A DNA stretch of 64,000 nt from Spirochaetia bacterium (GCA_965198005.1 CBDAOI010000002.1:1-64000), one strand, 5' to 3'; shown: positions 40,195-51,472, counted from the stretch's first letter. Translations and numbers: made by a program. Notes: a model not told the origin generated them from the sequence alone.

Positions 40195-41672
40195 GCCGCG
40201 ACCAGGCAGTGGCGATGTTCCATGCCGGGCTGGATGCCGTGGTGCGTACGGTGCAGGAGATGGGCGCCCGCATCCACGCTCTGGTGCAGCAGGTGCAGGA
40301 GCTGAGCACGCGCCTGGAGGTCAGCGAACAGCGGGTGAAGGATCTGGAAGACCAACTGGCCAAGAACTCGCGCAACAGCAGCAAACCACCATCCTCCGAT
40401 GGCTTGAAGAAACCCAAGCCCAAAAGCCTGCGTAAGAAAGGCCAGCGCAAGTCCGGCGGTCAGCCCGGCCATCAGGGGCATACGCTCAAGCCGGTCGACA
40501 AGCCCGATCACACCGAGGTCCACCGGGTGCAGGAATGCGCGGCTTGCCAGCGCTCTCTGGCGGATCACAAGCCCGACCGCGTCGAGCACCGACAAGTCCA
40601 CGACCTGCCTCCGCTGCGGCTGGCAGTCACCGAGCATCAGGCCGAAATCAAGCTGTGCCCGTGCGGCCACATGAACAAGGCGGCGTTTCCCGCAGGGGTG
40701 GGCGCCCCGGTGCAATACGGTCCACGCGTACGGGCTGCGGCAGTGTATCTGAACAACTATCAGTTCCTGCCCTACAAGCGCACCTGCGAGCTGTTGGACG
40801 ATCTGTTCGGTTGCCCGATGAGCCAAGGGACTCTGGCCAACATCATCGCCGACTGCCACCACCGGCTGGAAGATCCCGTGGCACTCATCAAACAGCTGAT
40901 CGCACAGGCCCCGGTCGCGCACTTCGATGAGACCGGCTCACGGGTGGAAAGCACCCTGTGGTGGCTGCATACCTCCTCGACGGTCAACGCCACCTATTAC
41001 CACATCCATCGCAGGCGCGGCAGCGAGGCCCTCGATGCCATCGACATCCTGCCTCACTTCACCGGCCGCGCCGTGCACGACTTCTGGAAACCCTACTACC
41101 GCTACTTATGCCTGCAGGCGTTGTGCAACGCCCACCATCTGCGCGAGTTGACCTTTGTGCACGAGCAATACGACCAGCCATGGGCCGCGAGCATGATCGA
41201 CTGCCTGCTCGATATCAAGGGCACGATCGAGCGGACCGCACCAACCACCGACTGTCTCTCTGCTGCGCAAATCGAGGAGTTTGAAGCCCGCTATCAACAG
41301 ATACTCGATCAAGGGTATGCGCAAAACCCGTTGCCACCGCTACCCGCAGGCGCACCCAAGAAGCGCGGACGAAGAAAAAAGACCAAGCCCAGAAACCTCC
41401 TCGAACGGCTCGACCAGCACCGTCTGGAAGTCCTGGCGTTCATGTACGACCTAGCCGTCCCCTTCACCAATAATCTGGCTGAAGGCGACATTCGCATGAT
41501 GAAGGTGCAGCAGAAAATCTCCGGCACGTTCCGCACCGACGAAGGCGCCAACGCCTTCTGCCGGATCCGCTCCTACATCTCAACCGTCCGCAAGAATGCG
41601 GTCGGTGCCATCGACGCCTTGGACGCCGTCTTCACCGATACCCCGTTCGTACCGACCATCGACACTTCCTGA
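40188..41672 (+). CDS. IS66-family transposase (single TnpC type)
   Basis: KNSRNSSKPPSSD, GGQPGHQG, Zn finger, HFDETG, CNAHHLREL, PFTNNLAE..IRM.KV.QKISG. Confidence 0.92.
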   Translation: MLSRDQAVAMFHAGLDAVVRTVQEMGARIHALVQQVQELSTRLEVSEQRVKDLEDQLAKNSRNSSKPPSSDGLKKPKPKSLRKKGQRKSGGQPGHQGHTLKPVDKPDHTEVHRVQECAACQRSLADHKPDRVEHRQVHDLPPLRLAVTEHQAEIKLCPCGHMNKAAFPAGVGAPVQYGPRVRAAAVYLNNYQFLPYKRTCELLDDLFGCPMSQGTLANIIADCHHRLEDPVALIKQLIAQAPVAHFDETGSRVESTLWWLHTSSTVNATYYHIHRRRGSEALDAIDILPHFTGRAVHDFWKPYYRYLCLQALCNAHHLRELTFVHEQYDQPWAASMIDCLLDIKGTIERTAPTTDCLSAAQIEEFEARYQQILDQGYAQNPLPPLPAGAPKKRGRRKKTKPRNLLERLDQHRLEVLAFMYDLAVPFTNNLAEGDIRMMKVQQKISGTFRTDEGANAFCRIRSYISTVRKNAVGAIDALDAVFTDTPFVPTIDTS

Positions 41673-41953
41673 ACCACCACTCCCCTGACTGTACGCAGTC
41701 GACCAGCTCGCCTGGATGCACAATTGTGAGCGTGCGCAAACAGGTAGAATACCGAACCGCCTCCGCACCAATCCCCTTCATCCTGAAACTCCTGTCAGAG
41801 GTCCACCTGAGTAGTTACCACTTCATTTTGCTTTCACGCGCCGCAAGGTCGTAATGCAGAGCCTCGCTGATCCTGGTGACGGCATGCTTACTCACCGGGT
41901 AGCCGGAACCAGGACCTGCGAAGTCTTGCATGGTGGGGGACTGCGCCGCGCGA

Positions 41954-42850
41954 CTAGGCGTCGCGGGTGGGATCGGGGCTGACTCGCACCAGCAGCTTGC
42001 CGAAGTTCTTGCCCTGCATCATGCCGATGAATGCCTCGGGCGCCTTCTCCAGCCCGGCGACGATGTCTTCCCGGTAGGCGATTCTGCCGCCACGCACCCA
42101 CCAGGCCAGCAGGGCCAGTGCCTCCTCGTGACGATCCTGGTACTGTCCCTGGTTCATCCCCACCATATGGGCCAGGCCCCCCTGCACGTAACGGTTGATG
42201 CGGGTGCCCTGCAGCGATCCGAGCGGGTCGTTGTACTCCGCCCCGTCCAGGTCGCCCGCCCGGTAGTTGACGGCGGCGTCGAAGCCAAGCTCCTCGACGA
42301 CGTAGTTGCATTTCTCGTCGCTGCCGGCGATGCCCACCGCGCGACAGTTCTTGATCTTGGCGATCTGTCCGACCACCGCGCCGACCGCACCAGCTGCCGC
42401 CGAAACCACAACCGTCTCGCCGGCGACCGGCTGCCCCACTGCCAACAGTCCGAAATAGGCAGTTACCCCCGGCATGCCGACTACGCCCAGCGCCGTGGAT
42501 ATCGGCACCAAACCGGGATCCAGCACCCGCAGCTCAGCCCCCGGAACCGCGCCGTAGCTCTGCCAGCCGTAGCCGCCGACGTACTGGCACACGAATTGGC
42601 CGGCGTGGAAGTCCGGGTGGCGCGACTCGACCACTTCGCCGACCACGCCGCCAACCAGCACCTGGCCGACGGTCTCGGTTTTGCTCATGGAGCCCCGCAT
42701 ATAGGGGTCCAGGGAGACGTAAATGGTGCGTACCAGGACCTCGCCGTCACCCGGTTGCGGAATCGGCGACTCCACCAATTCGAAGTCCTCCGGGACCGGC
42801 ATGCCGCTCGACGTTCGCCGCAGGATAATCTGGCTGTTGCTGTCACTCAT
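41954..42850 (-). pseudogene. NADP-dependent oxidoreductase (PTGR/CurA-like) with in-frame internal deletion
   Basis: SLDPYMR, GMPGVTAYFGLL, VSAAAGAVG, GKNFGKLLV; the usual YFDNVGG segment is absent after GDLDGA. Confidence 0.75.
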
Positions 42851-42910
42851 CTCTTCGACGGCAGCGTACGGTATGCGGCCAAGAACAGCCACCCCCTCAC
42901 CGCAAAACTC

Positions 42911-42998
42911 TTTTGGCGGCCCCGCCCAACGTGCGCCCCACCTAGCTGGGGCACGGGCGCTGGCTGGGCTGGACCAGACGGCGTGCTCGCGCCGTTAC
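42911..42998 (+). repeat. ~90-bp dispersed repeat R3 (copies 45867-45953 +, 53988-54075 +, ~58760-58838 -)
   Basis: TTTTGG(GG)CCC...GTGCGCCC...GGGC..GGCG...GGACCAGACG shared by all four. Confidence 0.75.
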
Positions 42999-43109
42999 CC
43001 AGCCGGCTGAGAGGCCCGTCGAGGTTGCCGACGCCGGCGGGCTGGGCGGGCTGGCGATTGATTGCCGCCGAAGAGACCCCGTATAGTCAAATGGAACGTT
43101 GCCGTGGGC

Positions 43110-43350
43110 GAGAGCGTCGACAGACAGCTGCAGGGAACGCAACCGTCCGGTGGTGCCGCTCTTCATTTCCACAGGCACCACCCCCTCGTCGCCCGCCAGC
43201 AGATAGTCCACCTCGGCGTTGCTCGAGCGCGCCTCGCGATGCCAGTAGAACAGCTCGGGTCTGGCCCGAGGTCGGCCGTACGCCAGCAGCTCTTGCCCGA
43301 CGAACGCTTCGGTGAAGGCGCCGGCGTTGCCGATCGTCGCCTCGGGGTCA
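43110..43350 (-). pseudogene. C-terminal fragment of an AAA+ ATPase/DUF4143 protein
   Basis: GAFTEAFVGQELL...LFYWHRE..SSNAEVDYLL...VPVEMKSG. Confidence 0.75.
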
Positions 43351-43422
43351 GTTCATGCTCCCCAGTCAAGCCTAGGGCGTGCCTTCTTGGGAACTAGCGC
43401 GCCTCGCGAAGGGCGAAGGAGC

Positions 43423-44517
43423 CTATTCGCTCAGCAGATCGATGAAGCGGCGATTGATGTAGTAGTTTTCGCGGCCGCGCCGGATGCGCTCGAGGGACCC
43501 GAGTTGGGTCATTTCTTCGAGGTAGCGTTGGGCCGTGAGCCGGCTGCACGCGAGCTCGCGTTCCACTATGCCGATTTTGCAGTAGGGCCACTTGAACAGG
43601 ATATCCATGAAGCCGGCACGTTTGGCGGCGCGTGTTGAAGGTCGCGCTCGCTCCGACATTTCCTGTGCCAAGTCCTGGATGCGCCTGATCCTGGAGATGG
43701 CGTCTGTTGCGCTTTCCTCCACGGCCGCGAGGATGTAGCGCACCCACGGTTGCCAATCACCGCGTTCGGTGACCGCGCGCAGCAGTCGGTAGTAGGCGCT
43801 GCGGTGTGCCATGAAGTAGCGGCTGAGGTAGATTATCGGAGCGTCGAGCAGGCCCCGAATCTTCAGGTAGAGGACGTTGAGGATGCGCCCGGTGCGACCG
43901 TTGCCGTCGGTGAACGGGTGAATGGCCTCGAATTGGTAGTGCATGACGGCCAACTTGATGAGTGGATCGACTCCATCCGCCTGCTCGGCGAGAAAGCGTT
44001 CCAGATTGGCGAGTAGCCCGCCGAGCGCAGCGCCGTCCGGAGGTGTGTAGATGACTCGCCCGAGGGCCGGGCTACCGATGGCGACCCGGCTCTGCCGCAC
44101 GCGTACTTCTACACCCCGGATGCGCGAACAGATCCGCTCGAACAGGAGGACGTCCAGAATGGGACGCTGATCGAGACCCTCCATCCCCTCCCATAACGCC
44201 TCGCGATAACGCAGCACTTCCTTTGCGGCCGCATCCGCGCTCGCGCCGGACGCCAACGCCTGGTACAACTCGTCGCCCGTGGTAACGATGTTTTCGATCT
44301 CGGAGCTGCTGCGCGCCTCCTGCAAGGGAAGGGCGTGGATGAGGATTGACCGGTTCGGCAGGGACTCCGCCAGCGCGTTGACGCGAGCCAACGCCACCCT
44401 CGCTTCGATGCAGGTCTTGAGGATGGCGGGTGTCTCCAGATCCGTCGTCGGCGGCAAGCCCGGGAGGGCGTTCCAGGGGACTCGAGGGTCGTAGGGAACA
44501 GCGGGAGGCGGAGCCAT
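43423..44517 (-). CDS. Fic family protein
   Basis: EARSSSEIENIVT; HYQFEAIHPFTDGNGRTGR. Confidence 0.93.
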   Translation of the reverse strand: MAPPPAVPYDPRVPWNALPGLPPTTDLETPAILKTCIEARVALARVNALAESLPNRSILIHALPLQEARSSSEIENIVTTGDELYQALASGASADAAAKEVLRYREALWEGMEGLDQRPILDVLLFERICSRIRGVEVRVRQSRVAIGSPALGRVIYTPPDGAALGGLLANLERFLAEQADGVDPLIKLAVMHYQFEAIHPFTDGNGRTGRILNVLYLKIRGLLDAPIIYLSRYFMAHRSAYYRLLRAVTERGDWQPWVRYILAAVEESATDAISRIRRIQDLAQEMSERARPSTRAAKRAGFMDILFKWPYCKIGIVERELACSRLTAQRYLEEMTQLGSLERIRRGRENYYINRRFIDLLSE

Positions 44518-44653
44518 ACCTGCGCAAAGCGTATACTATTTGCCAGAAACTATACATATCGGTCCCGAATGAGGGGAACGTGCATACTTTGCTAGTGAAA
44601 GCACCGGCGAGCGGCTCGCTGGCGATGGCAGGTACCACGACCGCCATGCCGGT

Positions 44654-44776
44654 CTAGCGCATGTGCGCTAGCAGTAGGCGACTGGAAACGAGGGTTTGTT
44701 GCCACAGTCCTACAGGCGGGCGCCGATCCTCGGCCAGCAGATGGGCAAGTGCCACGGACGTGTCGAGGTAGATCAG
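44654..44776 (-). pseudogene. Truncated VapC/PIN toxin
   Basis: IYLDTSVALAHLLAEDRRPP...LVSSRLL then premature stop; overlaps the antitoxin stop. Confidence 0.7.
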
Positions 44777-45066
44777 CGGTCGCCTCTGTCGTCGGCCAGC
44801 TCAGCGAGCAGCTGCCCGAGCTTCGCCACCGGCAGCGCTTGCGGAGGTGGCGCGGATCGCGAAACCGACGGCGGCGTGAGCCAACCCTCCCGCACCGCCT
44901 GCGCCAGGGAGGCGTCGGGGAGGAGCGGACTGCGTCCCGCCCGCGGCGCACTGAGCTCCGCGACGACTCGGTCGTGGTCGGTCACCAACACCGTCTCGCC
45001 GCCGCTGGCCAGGCGCACGTACTCGCTGAGTTTGTTCTTGAGCACCTTGAGCCCGACAGACCGCAT
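44773..45066 (-). CDS. Phd/YefM-family antitoxin
   Basis: MRSVGLKVLKNKLSEYVRLASGGETVLVTDHDRVVAEL. Confidence 0.88.
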   Translation of the reverse strand: MRSVGLKVLKNKLSEYVRLASGGETVLVTDHDRVVAELSAPRAGRSPLLPDASLAQAVREGWLTPPSVSRSAPPPQALPVAKLGQLLAELADDRGDR

Positions 45067-45194
45067 GCGCATAAAGTAAAGTAGCTTCCAGTAGCTACCT
45101 GATCAAGCGCGCAACGAATCGTTCTGCACGGACCAGCCGCCCCTTGCTGTGGTGGTTGCCGGCAACGCCGGAGTCAGTGGACTGGGAAATGGAG

Positions 45195-45866
45195 CCCGAG
45201 GTGGGCTGTAGGCCAGCAACTCTTGCCCGACGAACGCTTCGGTGACCGCGCCGGCGTTGCGAATCGTCGCCTCGGGGTCGAGGAACCAGGGCCGCACGTC
45301 GGCACCCATGAGTCGTTGCGCCACGCCAACATCGAATAGCAATGCCTTGAAGCGTCGCGGAACCGACTCCGCGGCAAGCGGGGTCCCGTTGCCGGCGGAG
45401 TGCGTAACCCGGTGCACGGCGGCTTTGCACAGCAGGTCGAGCGCCGGCGCCAGCTCGCGGGCACCTCCGGGAGGCCCCCAACCACGAGGTACTCGCCTGC
45501 CAGGCGCAGGAGCCGTTGGTGCACGGCGTCGCTAGGCGCTGGGCCGGGCGCGGCTTCGACCGACACCCCAAGTAGATAGCGAGCCAGCGCCGGGCCGTCG
45601 CGGGCGACCAGGAACTCCAGGAACGACAGCGGGTACATGTGCAGCGAAGTCACCCGGCCCACCGGGATGCCGACCTGCTCGAGTGCGAACTCCAGGAGCG
45701 AGCCGGCGGCGATGACGTGGAGCGCGGGGGTCTCCTCGTACAGATAACGCAGCGCGGTGATTGCCGCAGGGTGCTGTTGAATCTCGTCGATAAACAGCAA
45801 CGACGATCCGGCAGTGAGCCGCTTGCCGGTGATGAGGCGAAGGTCCCTGAGCACCCGATGTGGATC
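45195..45866 (-). pseudogene. Fragmented AAA_14/DUF4143 ATP-binding protein
   Basis: LLFIDEIQ (Walker B), AAGSLL, MYPLSFLEFL, YLVVGGLPE; frameshift/deletion; DVG..., EAFVGQELL. Confidence 0.78.
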
Positions 45867-45981
45867 TTTTGGGGCCCCAACCGCTGTGCGCCCCTGCACA
45901 GAATGGGCGTGGGCGGGGGTGGGCGGGACCAGACGGCGTGCTCTCGCCCTACTGAGCGCCGACCGCGCCACGCTGGGGAGC

Positions 45982-46182
45982 CTAGGTACTACTGAATTGA
46001 TTAGAAGAGAGTTGCTCCTCTGAGGCACGTTGGGAAATGTCCAGAAGCTCGAGGCCGACGACCTGGTCGTTCTCGTCGTAGTCGACGATGACACCCGGAC
46101 GTATCTCCTCCGATTCGACGATCCGACTTTCGTCGAGGCGAAAATAGAGCGCGTCAGCTTTCCGGTCAACTTTCACTCTCAC
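45982..46182 (-). CDS. DUF2283 small protein (putative antitoxin, orphan)
   Basis: DRKADALYFRL...ESEEIRPGVIVDYD...VVGLELLD. Confidence 0.85.
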   Translation of the reverse strand: MRVKVDRKADALYFRLDESRIVESEEIRPGVIVDYDENDQVVGLELLDISQRASEEQLSSNQFSST

Positions 46183-46568
46183 GTTTGGCCCTCCGATCGA
46201 AGAATGCCGTCACTTTCAGGTTGTCGACTAGCTACGTCGTCGCGGAAAACCGAGTCGTTTCGCAAATCACGCAGCGTCGCCGGGGCGCGCAAGCCGGCCA
46301 GGGCGATGTCGATGCGACCGTCGTCGTCGAGGTCGGCAAGCGCCACGCCGGCACCGTTGCTGTCGAAGAAGCGAGCCGGGCTGTCCGCCGCAGCCGTCGT
46401 GTGGAGCAGGGGGTGGCGGACGAAGCGTCCACTGCAGGTGTCAGAAACGGTGAAGGCGGTCGCCGACATGCCGACCTGGGCGACCAGTGGCACCGGCACC
46501 AGCAGCGCGCAGCACGCGGCGACCAGCGCACCGGCACCGGCCCGACGGCGGCGGCGCGCTCCGAGCAT
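46179..46568 (-). pseudogene. N-terminal fragment of a secreted FG-GAP/CRTAC1-like protein
   Basis: Signal peptide then GAGVALADLDDDGRIDI; truncated. Confidence 0.6.
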
Positions 46569-46573
46569 CCGAG

Positions 46574-47473
46574 CTAGCGGCCGCCGACGCGGAGCCGGGG
46601 GTCGAGCAGGTCGCGCAGGGCGTCGCCGAACATGTTGAAGCAGTAGACGACGAGCGTCAGGCACAGCCCCGGCCACAGCGCCAGCCACGGCGCCGACTCC
46701 ATGTACTGCAGCCCCTCGCGGCTGAGCATGCTGCCCCAGTCCGGGGTGCCGGGTGGCAGGCCGTAGCCCAGGAACCCCAACGACGCGGCCGCCAGGATGT
46801 TGCCGCCGATGGTTACCGAGAAGACGATCAGCATCGGCGCGGTGATGTTGGGCAGGACATGCCGCAACAGCGTCTTCCACACCGGCGTGCCAACCGCCTG
46901 CGCCGCCTGGAAGTAGTCGTTCTCCTTGATGCCCACGACCGCGCCGCGCGGCACGCGTGAGCCGCCGATGCCGCCCGACACGCCGAGCACCAGGATGATC
47001 TGCAGCACGCCGGGCCCCAGCAGCGACATGATGGTGAGCAGCAACAGCAGCGAAGGAAACGCCATCCATGCGTCCACGAACCGCTGCACCATCAGGTCGA
47101 ACTTGCCGCCGACGAAGCCCGAGGTGCCCCCCACGACCATGGCCACCACGATGTTGAGCGAGGTGGCAGCGAAGCCGACCAGCAGCGAGATGCGCGCGCC
47201 GTTGAGCAGACGGCTCAACAGATCCCGCCCCACCTGGTCGGTGCCCAGCAGATACTTGGCCGAAGCGCCCTGCAGCCTGTCGATGACGTGCAGCTCGGCG
47301 TGGGGGTAGGGGGCGATGAGGTCGGAGAAGATGGCCACCACGACCAGGATCACGATGACGGCGGCACTCGCGGCGCCCAGCGGTTTGGTCTTGATCAGCC
47401 TCCTTACGAAATCGGCAACGCCGGAGCGCCGCGCCCTCCGCGCGGTGGGATCCATTGCCGGTGGTCCTGCCAT
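46574..47473 (-). CDS. ABC permease DppC/OppC-like, cassette 4
   Basis: LLGTDQVGRD, RHVLPN, GDALRDLLDPR. Confidence 0.93.
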   Translation of the reverse strand: MAGPPAMDPTARRARRSGVADFVRRLIKTKPLGAASAAVIVILVVVAIFSDLIAPYPHAELHVIDRLQGASAKYLLGTDQVGRDLLSRLLNGARISLLVGFAATSLNIVVAMVVGGTSGFVGGKFDLMVQRFVDAWMAFPSLLLLLTIMSLLGPGVLQIILVLGVSGGIGGSRVPRGAVVGIKENDYFQAAQAVGTPVWKTLLRHVLPNITAPMLIVFSVTIGGNILAAASLGFLGYGLPPGTPDWGSMLSREGLQYMESAPWLALWPGLCLTLVVYCFNMFGDALRDLLDPRLRVGGR

Positions 47474-48435
47474 TAGCGGTAGCGGATCCTCGGGTCCAGT
47501 AGGGCGTAGACCACGTCGATGAACAGGTTGTTCAGCAGGACCACCGTCCCGAACAGCAGATTCACGCCCGATACCACCGTATAGTCACGATCTTGCAGGG
47601 CGAGCAGCATCAGCCGGCCGAGCCCGGGCAGGTTGAAGATGTTCTCCATGATGACCGCGCCACCCACGAGAATCGGCAGCTGCAGACCAACCAACGTAAC
47701 GACGGGGATCAGCGCGTTCTTGAGGGCGTGCCTCACCACCACGACGCGCTCGCGCACTCCTTTCGACCAAGCGGTGCGGATGTAGTCCTGCCTCAGCACT
47801 TCCAGCATCATCGTGCGGGTCATGCGCATCACCGCGGCGGCGCCGGCGGTGCCCAGAATGAGGGCGGGGATGAGGAAGCCCGCCAGATTTCGTAGCGGGT
47901 CCTCGAAGAAGGGGACCAACTTCAGTGGCGGCGTCCAGCCCCACCAGATTGCCGGATAGATCATCACCATCACGCCCAGCCAGAAGTTGGGCGTCGCCAG
48001 GCCGATGATGGCGACCGAACGCCCGACGTAGTCGCCGACTCTGTCCTGCCGGATCGCAGAGAAGATGCCCACCGGTATTGCGATAACCAGGCCGATGACG
48101 ATGGCGAGCAACCCCAGTTCGAAGGTTACCGGCATGCGTCCGAGAATCCGCTCGCCCACTTCCCAGTTGTGCAGCAGGGATCGCCCCAGACTGCCGCGCA
48201 GCAGGATGTCGCCCACCCAGCGCCCATACTGGACGTGGATGGGCTGATCGAGCCCCAGCCTGCGCTCGACCGCCTCGCGATCCACGTCCTGAATGCCACC
48301 GCTGAGCATCATCTCATGCATCAGGACGTCGACGATGTCGCCGGGTATGAAACGGACCGACAGGAAGACCAGCATCGACAGGATGATGAGGGTCGGAATC
48401 GTCAGCAGCAGACGCCGGATCACATAGGCTCTCAT
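47473..48435 (-). CDS. ABC permease DppB/OppB-like, cassette 4
   Basis: MRAYVIRRLL...QDYIRTAWSKG...LDPRIRYR. Confidence 0.93.
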   Translation of the reverse strand: MRAYVIRRLLLTIPTLIILSMLVFLSVRFIPGDIVDVLMHEMMLSGGIQDVDREAVERRLGLDQPIHVQYGRWVGDILLRGSLGRSLLHNWEVGERILGRMPVTFELGLLAIVIGLVIAIPVGIFSAIRQDRVGDYVGRSVAIIGLATPNFWLGVMVMIYPAIWWGWTPPLKLVPFFEDPLRNLAGFLIPALILGTAGAAAVMRMTRTMMLEVLRQDYIRTAWSKGVRERVVVVRHALKNALIPVVTLVGLQLPILVGGAVIMENIFNLPGLGRLMLLALQDRDYTVVSGVNLLFGTVVLLNNLFIDVVYALLDPRIRYR

Positions 48436-48546
48436 CGAATTGTTAAAGGAGGTGGGATGGCGGGCTCACCCACCACCCCACTGTTCGCACTACTCAGCAG
48501 CCGCGTAGCCCGGGAAGCACTACGCGGCTACTCGTGGAGTCGTTGC

Positions 48547-49736
48547 TCAGAATCCGAGCTCGCGCTTCAGATCCTGATCGATCCAGAGGCGCGAGTAGAT
48601 CACCATTCGGTCCGCGTCGCCGGGGTCGGCCTCGCCGTTGTAGCCCTTCACCCACGGCCAGAACACGTTGAATGAGGGCACGCGCGCGCCCCAGAGCGCA
48701 AAGTGCTGGCGGTTGAGGTAGTCCGAGGCCTCCCGCGAGAGCCTCTGGCGCTCCTCCATGGTGGTCGCCGCCTGCACGCGTTCGACCATCGCGTCGTAGA
48801 CCGGATCACTATTGCCGGCAGATCCCTGGCAGCCCGGGTTGAATCCGCCGTCGGTGACGTGATGCAAGAGCTGGCCGATTGGATTCCATTCGTATCCACT
48901 TATCAGCATCTGGACGTCGAAGTCACACTCGTTGCGCTTGGCGGTAAACACAGGGCCCTCTTGGACCGTGAGCGTTACATCGATGCCGATCTGGCGCCAG
49001 CTGTCCGCAATGATCTCATTCCAACCCGCGTCCCCAAGCGCTGGCAGAGCCGTCAACTCGAGCGCGAAACGGGTGCCGTCCGCGCCACGCGGCAGGCCTG
49101 CCTCGTCGAGGAGCGCCTCCGCGCCGGCCGGGTCATAGGAGTAAAACTTCTTCAGGTCTGCCGGCCAGTCTTCGTACCGATTCATGTACGGGTACAGGTT
49201 GCGGCCCAGCCACCCCTGCGGCTGGGTGACTGCGTAACCCTTGAAATAGGTACCCCCGGCGCCCTCGACGTCGATTGCCATCTGCAGGGCGTGGCGTACA
49301 CGGACGTCATCGAAGGGCGGCCTGCTCATATTGATGACGGGCGAGGTCTCGGACCGGTAATTGTAGCCCTCCGCGACGAGGTCGGGGGTGGTGCGCTGCA
49401 GGCTCTCCAGCTGGTCGATCGACGTCACCTGAGAACTGCCATGGAAGCCGAGGAAGTCGACCTGTCCCGAGCGCAACGCCGCCAGACGCGTCTGCGCCTC
49501 CGGCATCACCAGCGCGTTGATGCTATCGATGTAGGGCAGTCGGTTCTGCGGGCTCCAGGTGATGGTCAGGTTGCCGCCGTATTCGGGGGCGGTAACCTGC
49601 TTGCCGGTGGTCGGGTCGGTGACCATCGGCTTCGCGGCCGCCGCCGACGAGTCGTCGCTGTCGCTGGCCCCGGCGGCAAACGCAGCGGTCGCCACCAGCG
49701 CGAACGCCAGTGCTATCGATAAAACCTGGAAACCAT
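48547..49736 (-). pseudogene. Family-5 SBP (SBP4) with large in-frame deletion and a frameshift in the signal peptide
   Basis: PEYGGNLTITWS|PQNRLPYID skips roughly 200 aa present in paralogues; one T missing from the T-run near 49722. Confidence 0.82.
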
Positions 49737-49779
49737 AATGGTTCCTCCTTGCGGGTCAACGCGTGACCCATTTTTGCAA

Positions 49780-50208
49780 CTAGGGATAGGTCCAATCGGA
49801 GAAGGCACGGCTATGATCGACGTTTCGGTGGCCATCCAGTCCATCGCCGAACGCCCGGTACTCGACGAGCAAGCCGTCACGTAGCTTGAAGTGGCTGGCC
49901 ACGTGGCACACCACCTCACGCCCCGTCGGTTGAATATTGAAGAATTCTGCCACCGGCGTCCCACGCCAGTGCCAGATGCCTATGGCCGTGTCCTCGTTGG
50001 CCACGATATCGTGGATGACGACCTTCGGATCCGGCACTATGGCAAGAAAGTCGCGGACGTGCTTCCACAGGCCGTCGCGGCCCGGTTTCGGCTGGCCGCG
50101 GTCGAACATATCCTCGGCGGCTAGTTCATCGATGACCTCGAGTTTCTTCTCACCGATCACCTCGGCGATGTAACGTCGCATTACTTCTTCAGAACGCTCA
50201 ACGCTCAT
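49780..50208 (-). CDS. SnoaL-like ester cyclase (NTF2 fold)
   Basis: IDELAAED, PD.KVVIHDIVA.ED, W.WRGT...FFNIQPTGREV, FKLRDGLLVE; AGGAG RBS. Confidence 0.85.
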   Translation of the reverse strand: MSVERSEEVMRRYIAEVIGEKKLEVIDELAAEDMFDRGQPKPGRDGLWKHVRDFLAIVPDPKVVIHDIVANEDTAIGIWHWRGTPVAEFFNIQPTGREVVCHVASHFKLRDGLLVEYRAFGDGLDGHRNVDHSRAFSDWTYP

Positions 50209-50656
50209 GTATTTCTCCTTTACGTAATCTCACGGACAGACCCCAACCACGTCACACCTTCCTCAATGAGCATGGAGCCGGGAGGCGATACCCCCGGCTG
50301 GGGTGGATGGCGTCAGTGCCCGTACGCGGACGAGTGTAGCCGGCCGCCCACGTTAGTCCAAGCGGCGAGCTAACCCTGCTAACCCTGCTAAGCAAGCGCT
50401 TTGAGCAGACTGTCTGCGTGGCTGCCGGCTAGAGCTTGCTGCGTCAGCGCTAGCCTGCGGCTGTGCTGGCTAGTGTCAGGCGCCATCGCCGACGAGTGGA
50501 GCCGGCCGCCCACGTTAGTGCAAGCACTTCTTTGGACTGGACCCAGCGACAGCAGGTTCGGTGCACGGCCCCTTGCATGCTCACGCTCACCTTGGCGTTG
50601 GTGTTGGAGCTCGGAAGTGTGGGCTGCAACGATGCTTCAGAGTAAACTTCCGAGTG

Positions 50657-50905
50657 ATGGACCTCGTCGAGATGCTACGCAGGCCCGAGGGCAAGAACCT
50701 GGAGTTCAAGCGCGACCTCTCCTCGCCGGAAGGGTTTCTGTGCACGCTCGTTGCGTTTGCCAACACGGCCGGGGGCACCACTCTCATCGGTGTCGAGGAT
50801 CGAACCGGCCATGTCCGTGGCGTGAGTGAGCCGCTGGACATGGAGGAACGTGTAACCAATCTGATCAGCGACTCCATCAGGCCGCGGCTCCTGCCGGATG
50901 TGCAG
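50657..50905 (+). pseudogene. Duplicated 5' fragment of the AlbA_2 gene at 58916
   Basis: 50604-50905 near-identical to 58863-59164. Confidence 0.85.
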
Positions 50906-51021
50906 TGCAACCGCTCCCAGCCCCCGACGTAATGTCCGGTCTCGATCAGCTCCGCGTTGAGCAACGCGCCGTCGGGCAGGTAGACGTCCTCCGGACGCCG
51001 CGCCCCAAGCTGTCCACAGGA

Positions 51022-51075
51022 CTCATCGTCCGTGTACACCAGCACGTTGGAGTCGAGGAAACTACGTTCGCTCAT
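51022..51075 (-). pseudogene. Stub of a PIN toxin
   Basis: MSERSFLDSNVLVYTDD overlapping the antitoxin stop, then unrelated sequence. Confidence 0.6.
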
Positions 51076-51295
51076 GCAGCTGGTCGCGGTCGAACCGCCA
51101 TCCTTGGCGATGTCCCCCGCTGGTCCTCGAGAGCTCGATGACCTCTGCGACATCACCGTGCGGCGACTGCAGGCCAGCAAGCTCCTCCAGGTAATCGCGA
51201 ATGACCTGGTTCAGACTCTTGCCCATGGTTCGCGCGGCATCGCGGGCGCGATCGAGGACCTGCTCATCGGCGGACAGCGTGATATTCGTCTTCAT
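51062..51295 (-). CDS. Ribbon-helix-helix antitoxin (DUF6364/CopG-like)
   Basis: MKTNITLSADEQVLDRAR......SLNQVIRDYL...GWRFDRDQLHER. Confidence 0.8.
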   Translation of the reverse strand: MKTNITLSADEQVLDRARDAARTMGKSLNQVIRDYLEELAGLQSPHGDVAEVIELSRTSGGHRQGWRFDRDQLHERT

Positions 51296-51472
51296 TCGAT
51301 TTGCACGCAGGTTACGTGCGCACATTACGTGCGCAGCTGCCGCGTGTCGACTTGGCGCCCCACAAGATTTGCTCATTTGCTCAAAGAGTATCAGCGCGAG
51401 ATCCTTGTCTCCTTGTCTACACCGAGTTCGAGCAGCAGTTTTTGGCATATACTGGAGGAGCAGCTATCGCCC

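Larger units (their letters stand above)
39295..41818 (+). mobile_element. IS66-type element carrying DUF4338, left end not found
   Basis: Right end CCTGAGTAGTTAC at 41806-41818. Confidence 0.7.
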
